This document shows, piece by piece, positions 12,169 to 25,330 of a stretch of DNA of 64,000 nucleotides. The DNA is from the human T2T-CHM13v2.0 reference genome, Homo sapiens. The stretch lies in NCBI RefSeq assembly GCF_009914755.1, contig NC_060942.1, one strand, 5' to 3'. The notes below the pieces were generated by a model. It did no database searches. It saw nothing but the letters and a program-made list of their open reading frames with translations, and was not told the origin of the DNA. The position numbers and the translations under genes were made by a program. Numbering within the stretch: position 1 is the first letter of the stretch; each line of letters opens with the position of its first letter.

Positions 12169-15017
12169 AAAATAGTAGTTTAGAGCTAGCTGAGAAGAGC
12201 TCTTAACAGAACAGAACTGATAAGGCGTGAGTGTTCCCAGAGCACTTATTCTCTGGCCAGCTCATGTGTGTGACAATGGCCTGGCACTGACGGTTGTCAC
12301 GGCAAGCCCGGCTGTGGCTTTGACACCCATCTAACTTTACTAGATGTGAATTTTCCAACCACTAAGTGCACGCCTCTGAGCCATCGCCTTAGACTGTAAG
12401 TAAGTGGATGTATATTCCATGATCAAGGGGGTGCAAAGAGGGCACAGCCAGCTCTCAGCGGTGGCCATGCAGAACCTGCCTCTCCGTTGGATTCTGCGGA
12501 GGTGGGTTCTGAAGTGCAACGGCTGCAGTGGAGGAGTCGGGGTTCTCGGGGAAACAGCCGTGGAAAGAGCCTGTTTTGCTGTTTGAACCAAGTTACCTCC
12601 TGCCCAGGAAAGAATGCTTCTAAATACAAGCTTACTGCAAATTGCATCTCTCTCACTTCAACTGCATAGAGAAGCCGGCTCAAAATGCAGCATGTCCTCA
12701 ACAGAGTTCAGGGTTTCTGATTCAGGATAAGTCTGCACCACTCAGGTTCCGTGAGGCATAAATGAGGCCCTGGGTCCCTTAACAATGTGTATCTTCGAAA
12801 GTTAGCATCTCTCTTACTGTAAAAGCTACAGGTTTAAATACTTGCTTCAGTTCCAACTACCAATTACCTCAGTTTGCAAATGAGTCAATATACTGTTAGC
12901 AACTGTTTTCAATAGCTGGAAATGAAGTTCATTAATTTATACTAACAGAGTAAGCTGTTTCTAACAATACATCCTCCTGTACTAAGTGTGCAACTGTTTT
13001 GGAATAAAAGGTCAACTTGTAGCACACAGAATCACTAAATCTTACTGAAAGTGAAGGAAAAACTCTCAGGAAACACAAATGTTCACTTAGTAATGAAAAC
13101 CACTTTGCAGTAAGACATTTTAAGAAAATCATGTTTGGAAACCACACTTGGGTCCTCCTCGGAAGAGGCGGCCGGTTCCCCAGGCAGGACTGCCCCTTTT
13201 CGTATCGCACACCAGGAATGAAGCGCCCTGGCCTTCACCACCTTTAGACAAAGCTGGTGATGCTCCCCAAGTCTGTGAGAATGCTGTGATGTTCTTGGGC
13301 AGAGCCTACGCTGAAATGTTGCCCATGCTTTACACCATGTCAAAGGTCATGAGATTTTTCCATTAATAACCAAGGAGGTATAAGTTATCCAAACTTACTG
13401 TTTGGGGGTTTGGGGATTTTAGTCAAATATTTAATCCTGTTTCAAATAAAACTTTAATCCAAGCACAAATATTAGTTCAGGAAATTGTGATTTGGATTTT
13501 CTGCAGGCCTTCAAGAGCCAGAAACCAATAGTTCCTAGTTTAGAATTCATCAGAAACATCTCTGAATAGTCAATGTGAGGACCATCGCCTACACACCTAA
13601 GCCTTTACAATAGTTGAAGCTAAGGTTTAAAAGTCTCATATAAAATAAAACCTTGAGAAACTTCAGTAATGGCGAAAAGCAAATTGAAAATACCCATTTA
13701 AAACACATTCTCCCCCTTCTTAGATTCTGCCTCCTTCCTCATTGATTTTAGATAAAAGAACATATCCTTCTTTCATTTCTCCATTGTCCCTCCTCAAATT
13801 AAAGGGGGGAGGGACTTTAATCTCAAATTACCGCTGTTGTTAATAAGCAAACAAAAAAGAAAAAAAAACGAATGCAGAAATATTTAGCTGTTCTCATGCC
13901 TGGGAAACATAACCCAAAGACCTCCATAAATAACTTGGAGAATACAGGGTCAGGGCGATCTGGGATATTGAGAAATAAACAGATTTTCACAATGCTTCTC
14001 AGCTTGCAACCATTTGATGGTTGCTGTGAAGTTCTGAAATGAAACTTGGCAAATGGTCTCAGTGAGATGCCTTTGAACTCCGAATGCCTCGATGCCGCAG
14101 CGGCTACTGAACGGCTCATCTGGTCCCTTATTCTCAACTTCAAAGAACAGGCTCTCCCTGTCCCAGGCAAGGGCAGAAAGCTGGGTGCACGATTTTAGCT
14201 TTAAATGTTTTACTCTACACTCCTCCCGGCTCTTTCAACATTTTATTAACCCATGAAAGCGTGGAAACCAAAGCTGTAAGAACACCGCCAGGAATCTTGA
14301 GAAACTTTTAAAATCTCAAAAGTCTTCTGCCTTCAATAACGGGGAAACATCAATGACTTTTGGTTTTTAACCAAAGATATTTACAAGTAATTTACCAATT
14401 TTTCTAGCACATGCTTTGTAAACATATTTAAATAGGTATATAATCCAAGCACGGATTTTTACCTTAATGTATCATATTAAGTAATCTTCCATAAAAACCT
14501 ATTTCAGAATTTACATCTGATACTGCTTTGTTACTGAAAGCCAAGAAGTAATAAAACTTCAAAGGATTTTTCTCCCTTTTTGATGTAATTAACTATATTA
14601 ACTTGGTAGCTTTCAATTAGAGAAAATACCACACTCAACATTTTCTTACTATTCCTACAAATATATGTATCATTTCCTTTATGGAATTACGACTACCATT
14701 GAGTTTCTGCATAAGTTTCAGAAAGCCCTAAGTTAAGAAATATTTAAATCATCTAAACCTCTGAAAAATGATATTTAAATATACAAAATGCAAAAGAGTG
14801 TCACTTATTAAATGTGAGATTCCACAATTTTGCTAGTTATCTTACAAAGGATTCTCGCCCAGAGGGTCAAGTATAGCAGTGACGTTTTAAAATTGAATTA
14901 TAAGTAGCTTTTTCGGTAAAAATAAACGTCAGTTGAATATGAGGATTCTACGTTTCTCCTTCTCACTGCTTGTGGCAGCCCCACAACTGTGTTTCCCCAC
15001 CACATCCATTCACTGTC

Positions 15018-15500
15018 AACACACACTGTAACAGACTGTAACATACTGTAACACATGCTACAACATACACAGTAACATACACAGTAACACACTGTAACAC
15101 ACGCTGCAACACATGCTATAACACACTGTAACACACGCTATAACACACTGTAACACACGCTATCACACTATAACACACTAACATACACCGTAACACACTA
15201 ACATACACTGTAACGCACTATAACACACACGCTGTAACATGCTGTAACACACTAACACACTATAACACGCTGTGACATATGCTGTAACACACTGTAACAC
15301 TAACACACACTGTAACACTATAACAAACTATAACATACACGGTAACATGCTGTCACACACTAACACTAACACATGCTGTAACATGCTGTAACACGCTACA
15401 ACATGCTGTAACACACTAACATACGCTGTAACACGCACTGTAACACACTATGACACGCACTGTAACACACACTATGACACGCACTGTAACATACACTGCA
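15018..15500. repeat. Degenerate minisatellite of ~8-13 bp units (TAACACAC(GC)TG-like)
   Basis: Dozens of taacac/ctgtaacac units. Confidence 0.9.
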
Positions 15501-16429
15501 TCCTAACTCCCCGGGTCACTGATGCAAACATACAGGCTTAAAATATGAAAAAAAAACCATTAAGAAATAGAAGATTGTGCTTCTGGGTTACCTCTAAATG
15601 TGAAAAAAAGAAAGTGGAAACAATCCTTTAACAATAACTTTATTTTAAATGTAATTATAATCTCAATTTCCTTTTTCAAACGCTATAATGCAATGCAAAG
15701 CCGGGGAAAATGAATTTAGTTTTAAAGCCAAAATTGAACAAATGATGTTAAATCCCATTTGCTAGTAAGTAGAAATTAAAAAGCCTTGTGACCTAGGATA
15801 AGCAAAGGAATGGAAGCCTGAAGGGCAGAGGGTCTGCAGGGCAGATGGGTGCCCACTTCCTCCAGCCGAAACACCTCATTCCGCAGACGAAAAATGTGAG
15901 ACACAGAGCAAGCTGGTGCCCAGCTGGGGCTGGACCCTGACAGGATAGGGGTCCACTTCCATTTCACACCATCTCACCAATAAAACACATCCGTTAGGCA
16001 CAGACACTGTGGGTCGCAGCCACTCCTACTCTGGAAACCTGAGCCTCTAAATGCCAGAAATGGGTTACATCCCCACTTTCTGAGACCCTGGGGGAATTCA
16101 GGATTGTCCAGGATTATACACGAGGCTGTATACACGTGGACAACAAAAGCTCAAATGTATTAAGTTGAAACAATGGGATAGAGACAAGTATCTTCCAGAT
16201 GTGTTAGGTGTATGTGTGTACACTCAAGAGAAAAACATACTAAAGGGACACGTGTATCAAATGTGTATACACAAAGGATATTCGTAGGAAGGTGCAGCCA
16301 GACCAAAATATCGTTACCTATGAGCAGTGATACCTTCTTTTTCTTTTCCCTTATCTGCATTTTCTACAACGATTAAATTGCACGTAATATAACAATACAT
16401 AAATAAAATACTTCAATTTCACAACAGTT

Positions 16430-16777
16430 GGATATGATCCGGCTGCGTCCCCACCCAAATCTCATCTTGAACTGTAGCTCCATAATTCCATCATGTACTG
16501 AGAGGGACCTGATGGGAGGTAACTGAATCATTCCTGTGCTGTTCTCGTGACAGCGAATAAGTCTCACAAGACCTGACGGTTTGATAAAGGGCAGTTCCCC
16601 TGCACAAGCCCTCTTGCCTGCTGCCATTAAGACATGCCTTTGCTTCTCCTTCACCTTCTACCATGATTGTGAGGCCTCCCCAGACACATGGAACTGTGAT
16701 CCATTAAACCTCTTTCCTTTATAACTTACCCAATCTCAGGTATGTCTTTATTAGCAGCATGAGAAGAGACTAATACA
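16430..16777 (+). mobile_element. THE1B-like MaLR solo LTR
   Basis: gatatgatccggctgcgtccccacccaaatctcatcttgaactgtagctccc ... attaaacctctttcc ... gactaataca; flanked by agtt on both sides. Confidence 0.93.
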
Positions 16778-17091
16778 AGTTCATGAGAACATATACAATA
16801 AAAATACTACTTGTCTCATAAACACTGCTCCTTTTATATTCATTCCCAGCCTGGAAGCCAGGAGTCCCCACTGTGTGTGAGGCCCACGCATGTGGAGCGA
16901 GAGGCAGCCCTGGTATTTCTACTGACCTCACACAGGTGATCATGAGGGAGCGACTCCAGGTACCTGGGGATCCCATGGCTCCCACAACAGCCCCAGGTGC
17001 TGAGGTGCTTTTGTTTAGTAGGCATTTAATACCTGCATTTCTGTAGGTTTTCACTGTTGGTAGTCAATTATCACTGCTCTTACATCTGCAG

Positions 17092-17171
17092 TAAGCTTAA
17101 GATCTAAGTCAGCTGCTGGAGATGGTGTAAATAAGCTTAAGATCTAAGTAAGCAGCTGGAGATGGTGTAAA
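17092..17171. repeat. 40-bp tandem duplication
   Basis: taagcttaagatctaagt(c/a)agc(t/a)gctggagatggtgtaaa x2, 2 mismatches. Confidence 0.92.
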
Positions 17172-20100
17172 AGGTGTAGCACTGCAGATGCTCATTGTCC
17201 AAATCTATGATGTCTACTTGACCATCCAAACTCCTCCAGTGTCCTTCTCACCCTCTGGCCCAAAATCTGCTCTCTACCCCCGGCCCTCATTGCTGTCTCT
17301 ATTTTTTGCTTATTTCTGTAAAGGTCATCTTACCATACACTGAATTCCAGGGAGGTCATTTGTCAAACTGCTAAAATCAGTAAAGTACTAGACTATAAGG
17401 AGTAAAGTCAACCACGCTGCTCATTTTAGGTATATATACACTATTCTCAGGACTATTTGTATGTGGAAATTGGGGAGTGGGGCATGTTATTTCGTGGAAA
17501 ACAGTGGATACTTAAAAAAATATTCTAAGTAGGACAGATGATCAAAAAAACTTGCAGGTAAAAGCAATTCCTGTGGCTGTAAAAGTTTATGCTTCCCAAG
17601 CCTCTATTTCACCTTGCCATGCTGGGCTGGGGAGGGGTTACACCTCCTGAATGTGTCATATTCTATATATATAAAAAAAAACAAACAGTATTTATAAACT
17701 TGCTGTTCAAAAGTGAAAATGTACTTTCATCAGGAAAGTTTATGCTTAGTAGTGAAATTCCCAGATTAGTCCATGAATGGGTACTTCATCCACAATATCA
17801 ATAAGTGTAACTGAATTTCCTTAGTGATGTCTTTTGAAAACACCAACAGACCAAAAAATGGATTTGCTTTATAAATCATGAATTTTGGTGGTGCCCAAAA
17901 GGAGAGAAATGGAAGAGAACAAACAAGGAGATGTCCCATGATGACTGTGATTCTGAGTTGAGCACCTGGGCGTGGACAATTTCTAACAGCTCCTGCCCTA
18001 GAATGCAGTGTGCGCCTCCTGCTCAAAGATCAACATGCATCCCAAACACCACTCTTATGCACAATATGTATGTTCAGGGTCAACTACTGACACGTTTACA
18101 AAGCAAGATGAATTACACTTAGGAAGTCATTCTGCGTTTAGGCTGGTGCATATTGGAAAAGGGCTCTAGAGACAGGGTGTGAAGTCAAGTTCAGAAGTCA
18201 TAAACCTCCCAAGAGGAGCAGGGCAGCTGAGGCTCCGAGGCTGCTGTCCTGGCTGCCAGAGGTATGGCGGGCTAGGCCTTAGGTGATGGAGACGCTGTGC
18301 TGGCAGTTGCTCCAGGGCTTCGAGCTTTAAGGAACAAGTCCCACGTCCTAACTGGTATCCTGGTCCAGTCCGTGAGGCCAGACTTTGTCTCAGAGCTGGA
18401 AAGCAGAGCCCGGGCTGAGCCCCCGTGAGTTCTGTGTTTGCAAAGCTGCCACCGGGTCCCTCCCCCTGCTCTCCACAGAACCTGCTAGACAACTCAAGGG
18501 TTTGCTTGAAGGGGAAATGGGGCATAAGAATTCCACACTAAGTTCCTGGAGTCTTTTCAAAACATCCAAGCCACAGGGAGCAGGTCCTATGGGTGAACAA
18601 CATCCCAAAATAAACCTCATGTTTCACTATTACAGAGGGCACTACTTTACACTAAGTATCACCTATGTTTTGCCAACACCTCACATTTCTTTGATTTTAC
18701 CTACAGTAAGAAAGTGTACAAAGTGCCACAACATAAGTATTTTCAAAGCAAAGACAAGTTTCTGAAAAAGTTTCCACAGATCTGAATCACACAGCGGGCC
18801 GGGTCTGGTGCCCAAGTCATCAGGAATTTCTCTGCCTCACACATGGATCAAACTGTATGACTCTGGCCATTTTAAGGCAAGTGTTTTGTTTTGTTTTGTT
18901 TTTTGTTTTTAATCTTAGAAATTAAATAATGCACCAGACTACCAGTGAGTATTATCGTTATTTTAAATATCTCCATGGCTACATGAGCAAGTGAAGGTAA
19001 ATCCCAGAAAAATTCAGCCAGGGTATCTATGCTAGTATCACCCAATTGGAATTTGGTAGAGTTGCCTAGAATTCAGGAAGACACTACCATCAGCTAGAGA
19101 TGTGGAGGACAAGCACTAAATAAGACACAGTAAACTGTTCCTGGAAAGGGCCCTGACCCAGCAAACCAGGAGACAGCTCCTGCCACAGCCACGCAGAAGA
19201 GCCTGCGGAGAGCGGGCCGGTCCCTCGGCACTCCCTGCACTGCGGCAGTAAGAAGCAGACCACGGTCTCCAGGGGCCTGACGGATGATGACCATGTACTC
19301 ATACACTCAGGCTATGGAGCAGAGCTGCACCTGCAAACACGTGACTGCCCTAAGTTTCCGGAAGCTAAATGTAGGATTCAGAAATATAGGTCAAAAGACA
19401 GTTAAAACAACAAGCACAACCTCAGAATTAAATCGACTAATTATGAGGCAGTTCTAAGGCTATAAGAGAAGTAGGACTCTGTATTTATGGAGAGATAGAG
19501 AATTAAAAGATACCCAGAAACCACCACTTAAACAGAAAGGGGTTATGAAGCAGACATACCCTAGCACAGAGCAAATAAATGGAGGGCTCCAGCCAAGGGG
19601 CAAGAAGCAGGGACGGGATGATGGGGGGCAGACATGGGGCACTGGGGAGGCATGGGAGGAGAAGATATGAATTCCATATATCTGGAGGATAGGACAAGCA
19701 GAAACTGCATATATTGTGGGCAGAACAGGTTAGAAAGAAATCTCCAATCGTAAACAATGACAAACTGGAATAGATAAGAAAAACCACCTAAATTAATTCT
19801 CCTCCATACAAATCCTTAAGAAAAGCAAAGATAATTTATTTCTGTCACCGGTTCATTTTTACCTGATAAAGGAAGACAAGATGTACTCTCAATATCACAC
19901 TGAGCTCCGCAACTCTAAATCTTAATGCGTCTGGCCACCTGGAGTTTGCATGGAGACCCTGGGCTGTGCACACCGCAGGACTCTCACCTGGAACACTCGG
20001 AGACCCCAGGATTCAAGCACTCTGCAGCTGGCAGCACAATCTAACAGAGACCCATTAAAACGGATGTCCACAACAGAATTTACACGCATTCTTTACAAGG

Positions 20101-20344
20101 GAAGGGATGCATATATGTTCCCAAAAGGAAAACAGCCACAAGTTTTACAAGCTAGGAAAGGAAAAGCTGCACAGATCAAATGCTAGGGTTCATGAAGTTC
20201 CTGTGTGGAGAGAAACAACACAAAGCCCTTCTTGCGTGTTCTCGTTAATAAGTCCGCAATGTGAACTGACAGTACCTTGCCTCAAACACCATTTAAGCAA
20301 CAAGACGTGACAAAACATATGCTGGCAGGAGATAAGGCTCATCC

Positions 20345-21886
20345 CTGAAACACACGCAGGTGAAAAGGTTCCTCCTGAAACACACACATGCAGGCGAAAA
20401 GGTTCCCCCCTGAAACACACACATGCCAGTGAAAAGGTTCCCCCGAAACACACGCAGGTGAAAAGGCTTCCCCGAAACACACGCAGGTGAAAAGGCTCCC
20501 CCGAAACACACACAGGTGAAAAGGCTCCCTCCTGAAACATACACACGCAGGTGAAAAGGCTCCCCCGAAACACACGCAGGTGAAAAGGCTCCCTCCTGAA
20601 ACATACACACGCAGGTGAAAAGGCTCCCCCGAAACACACGCAGGTGAAAAGGTTCCCCCATGAAACACACGCAGGTGAAAAGGTTCCCCCATGAAACACA
20701 TGCAGGTGAAAAGGCTCCCCCAAAACACACACGCAGGTGAAAAGGTTCCCCCGAAACACACGCAGGTGAAAAGGCTCCCTCCTGAAACACACATGCAGGT
20801 GAAAAGGCTCCCCCGAAACACACGCAGGTGAAAAGGCTCCCCCGAAACACACACAGGTAAAAAGGCTTCACCCCTGAAACACCCACACGCAGGTGAAAGG
20901 GTCCCCCCCGAAACACACGCAGGTGAAAAGGCTCCGTCCTGAAACATACACACGCAGGTGAAAAGGCTCCCCCGAAACACACGCAGGTGAAAAGGTTCCC
21001 CCATGAAACACACGCAGGTGAAAAGGTTACCCCATGAAACACACGCAGGTGAAAAGGCTCCCCCAAAACACACACGCAGGTGAAAAGGTTCCCCCGAAAC
21101 ACACGCAGGTGAAAAGGCTCCCCCGAAACACACACAGGTAAAAAGGCTTCACCCCTGAAACACCCACACGCAGGTGAAAGGGTCCCCCCCGAAACACACG
21201 CAGGTGAAAAGGCTCCCTCCTGAAACATACACACGCAGGTGAAAAGGCTCCCTCGAGACACACGCAGGTGAAAAGGTTCCCACATGAAACACACGCAGGT
21301 GAAAAGGTTCCCCCATGAAACACATGCAGGTGAAAAGGCTCCCCCCGAAACACACACGCAGGTGAAAAGGTTCCCCCGAAACACACGCAGGTGAAAAGGC
21401 TCCCCCGAAACACACGCAGGTGAAAAGGCTCCCCCGAAACACACGCAGGTGAAAAGGTTCCCCCATGAAACACACGCAGGTGAAAAGGCTCCCCCGAAAC
21501 ACACGCAGGTGAAAAGGCTCCCTCCTGAAACACACATGCAGGTGAAAAGGCTCCCCCAAAACACACGCAGGTGAAAAGGTTCCCCCGAAACACACGCAGG
21601 TGAAAAGGCTCCCCCGAAACACACGCAGGTGAAAAGGCTCCCCCATGAAACACACGCAGGTGAAAAGGTTCCATGAAACACACATGCAGGTGAAAAGGTT
21701 CCCCCATGAAACACACATGCAGGTGAAAAGGTTCCCCCATGAAACACATGCAGGTGAAAAGGCTCCCCCCGAAACACACACGCAGGTGAAAAGGCTCCCC
21801 CTGAAACACACACACAGGTGAAAAGGTTCCCCCGAAACACACACACGCAGGTGAAAAGGTTCCCCCTGAAAAACAGGCAGGTGAAG
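20345..21886. repeat. VNTR, ~50 units of 29-34 bp, consensus GAAACACACGCAGGTGAAAAGG(C/T)TCCCCC
   Basis: Hand count of about 50 units; explains the long Cys/Phe/Gly-rich minus-strand ORFs. Confidence 0.97.
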
Positions 21887-23229
21887 TCACAACCTCCCCT
21901 GACTCGGAAGGGCCTTATCTCGGAGCCACACCAGGTTCCAGAACCTTCTACATCAATTATACACCCATCTCTCAAAAAAAAGAAAAAAAAAAAGTGAGAG
22001 ATCGCTTTGCAAGTGGAGGCATGGGAAGAGCCCACTGTTTTACGCCTTTTCCATTTGCCCCGTGGAATCTACAACTAATACGCCAGTAATTCTTCAACAG
22101 TGCAAGCACAGGACACAGAATTCCCAAAAGAATGGTGATTGGCCACGGATTTTTTCCACACATATTCACTTAGCATTTTTTAATCAAAACTAAATAAGGC
22201 TAGCTCATGCACAGACAAAATCAAGTTACAGCCAGAGGAAATGTGTTCACCAAAGGAACCACATCACAGTGAGGGCTGATACACTCACACACTGTGCGAT
22301 CCTGACCACTGATTCCCCATCTCTTGTGAAAATCACAGGCCACAGATCACATGCCACTGACAGGGCTAAACATTTCTCCACATCTGGGAAGCCCATGTCT
22401 CAGGAAGACCGAAGGAATTCTTGGGGCTGTTTCGATTTTGAATTCAGGAGGTATGCTCATGCAGATGACCTAATGCCCCGTGGTCGGAGCTGTGTCTTTT
22501 GTCAACACCTGAACTCTTACCAGACCTTGTCCTGCATTTTTCAGGGTCCCACAAAGCAAATGAAATGTGATGGACCCATGCGGCACTCAAGTCACTGACA
22601 ACCCACGAGGGGTCGAGGTCCAGGTAAGAGACACAAGCAGAGCCTCGACACAGAAATTCACGTGCAAAAATACCCAGGCCCAACCAAGCTTCCTGCTCTG
22701 ACAGCTGACGTCGACACCCAAGCAGGCAAACCCCCCAGCGCTGCTCTTCGCGGCACAGGGAATTTCAGACGTCAAATTAACATAAGACTGCCTTCATGTT
22801 GCATAGCAAACTCAAGTACGTTCCTTCATCCTAATTCAAGTAACTTTTAGAGAGCTATGTTAGAAAATGCCAGCAGTCACTTTTTTAATTCAAATGAAAC
22901 AGAATGAAGGTGATTTCTGTTTTCTGTTAAATCTCTATTTCCACAAGCATTGTTCTGACCCTCGATAGAGCTAATCCACGTGTTTAAAGTATTAACAAAT
23001 GTAAACTGCAGAAAGAAAGCAAACTCTGAAGGGTCTCCCCTCCTCTCCCTCAGCTAATTATTCTTCTAGCCTTTGCTGATATGAGGTAGCCAACATCTCC
23101 CATCTAGTAATAAACAAAAGGAGTGTGCTCAACAGGCTTTAATCAGCCAACAAGACCAGACATTTCCCCCATGCATTAAAAGAACATAACCTACCAGAAA
23201 AGGTTTACTCACAAGACACTCACCAGCTC

Positions 23230-23418
23230 AAATACGGCATGTCCAGTTATCTAAAATACAGATTTTCAGATAAATAACAAATGAATCTTCAGTGTAAGTA
23301 TATCCCAAATATTGCATGGGACATACATAAACTTTTTTTTTAAAGTATTTATTGTTTATCTAAAATCCACAGTTAACCAGGAATAATGTATTTTTATGTA
23401 CTAAATTTGGCATCCCTA
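23230..23418. mobile_element. MER53-like palindromic hAT MITE
   Basis: Central tcccaaatattgcatgggacatac, arms ttcagataaataac / ttgtttatctaaa, terminus ctaaatttggcatccct. Confidence 0.8.
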
Positions 23419-24029
23419 ACTTCTAAAACAAACACATTATTTGAATGAATTAAAGAAAGCCGCAAGAGTCCAAAAAAAACTGTGTAAAGGCCGATGTCAA
23501 CACATACGCATGGATAAAGGGAACATTATTTCTCATCTATGTGCAGCATCATTAGTTCACTGGAAGGAGTGGAAATTATGCACAGGAAATGAAGAAAAAG
23601 CTAGGGAGCACCGGCATCATCTCCCAAAAACCCAATCCTCCAGGGCCTCAGTGGCCCATCATCAGTACAGGACAGGGCCTCTGGATGGACAACACTGACC
23701 CCTAGCGGCTCCTCCCAGGCAAGCAAGGATCCTGGAACCGAGGCGGGGTCCTTTCCTTTCCGTATGGACAGGTTATGGAGACATCCCACCTCCAAGTCCC
23801 AGCCCATGGGTCCTGCTATCTGGGCCCTGAGTAGGGACTGCAAAGGTGAGGATCAGGGTGGAGACAAGAGCCTGAGAGAGAGAACGGGCACAATGCCGGG
23901 AACACAGGGCAAGTTCCTAGCCTTCATTTCTCCATCTTCCTGCCCTTCTTCCCTTCACACTCTGGTGGCATGTCATAATACATTATTATATATTATTGGT
24001 TTCAACACTTACGACTGGAACCATCTTGA

Positions 24030-24145
24030 GAAAGTTTACTTAACCCTCTAAACTTCAGATTTCCTATCTGTGTTTTGAGACAAGTGGTACCTTCACCTCA
24101 TGGGGCTATGCTGGAGGTTTATATGAAATACAGATAAAGCACACA
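24030..24145 (+). mobile_element. MIR fragment
   Basis: ttacttaaccctctaaacttcagatttcctatctgtg ... acctcatggggct ... taaagcac MIR core. Confidence 0.6.
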
Positions 24146-24169
24146 AAGATTGAGTCTATGACAAAGTTA

Positions 24170-25330
<1,161 letters not shown>

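Noticed and set aside
6753-16777. Two same-orientation THE1 LTRs as ends of one provirus
   Set aside because: They are 9.3 kb apart (THE1 internal regions are far shorter), each has its own flanking duplication, and no internal MaLR sequence was recognised between them.
20345-21886. CRISPR-like appearance of regular ~30-bp repeats
   Set aside because: There are no unique spacers and no cas genes, and the context is eukaryotic; it is a head-to-tail minisatellite.
20293-22035. 580-aa and overlapping Cys/Phe/Gly-rich minus-strand ORFs
   Set aside because: Translation of a stop-free VNTR in several frames; no promoter or coding signature.
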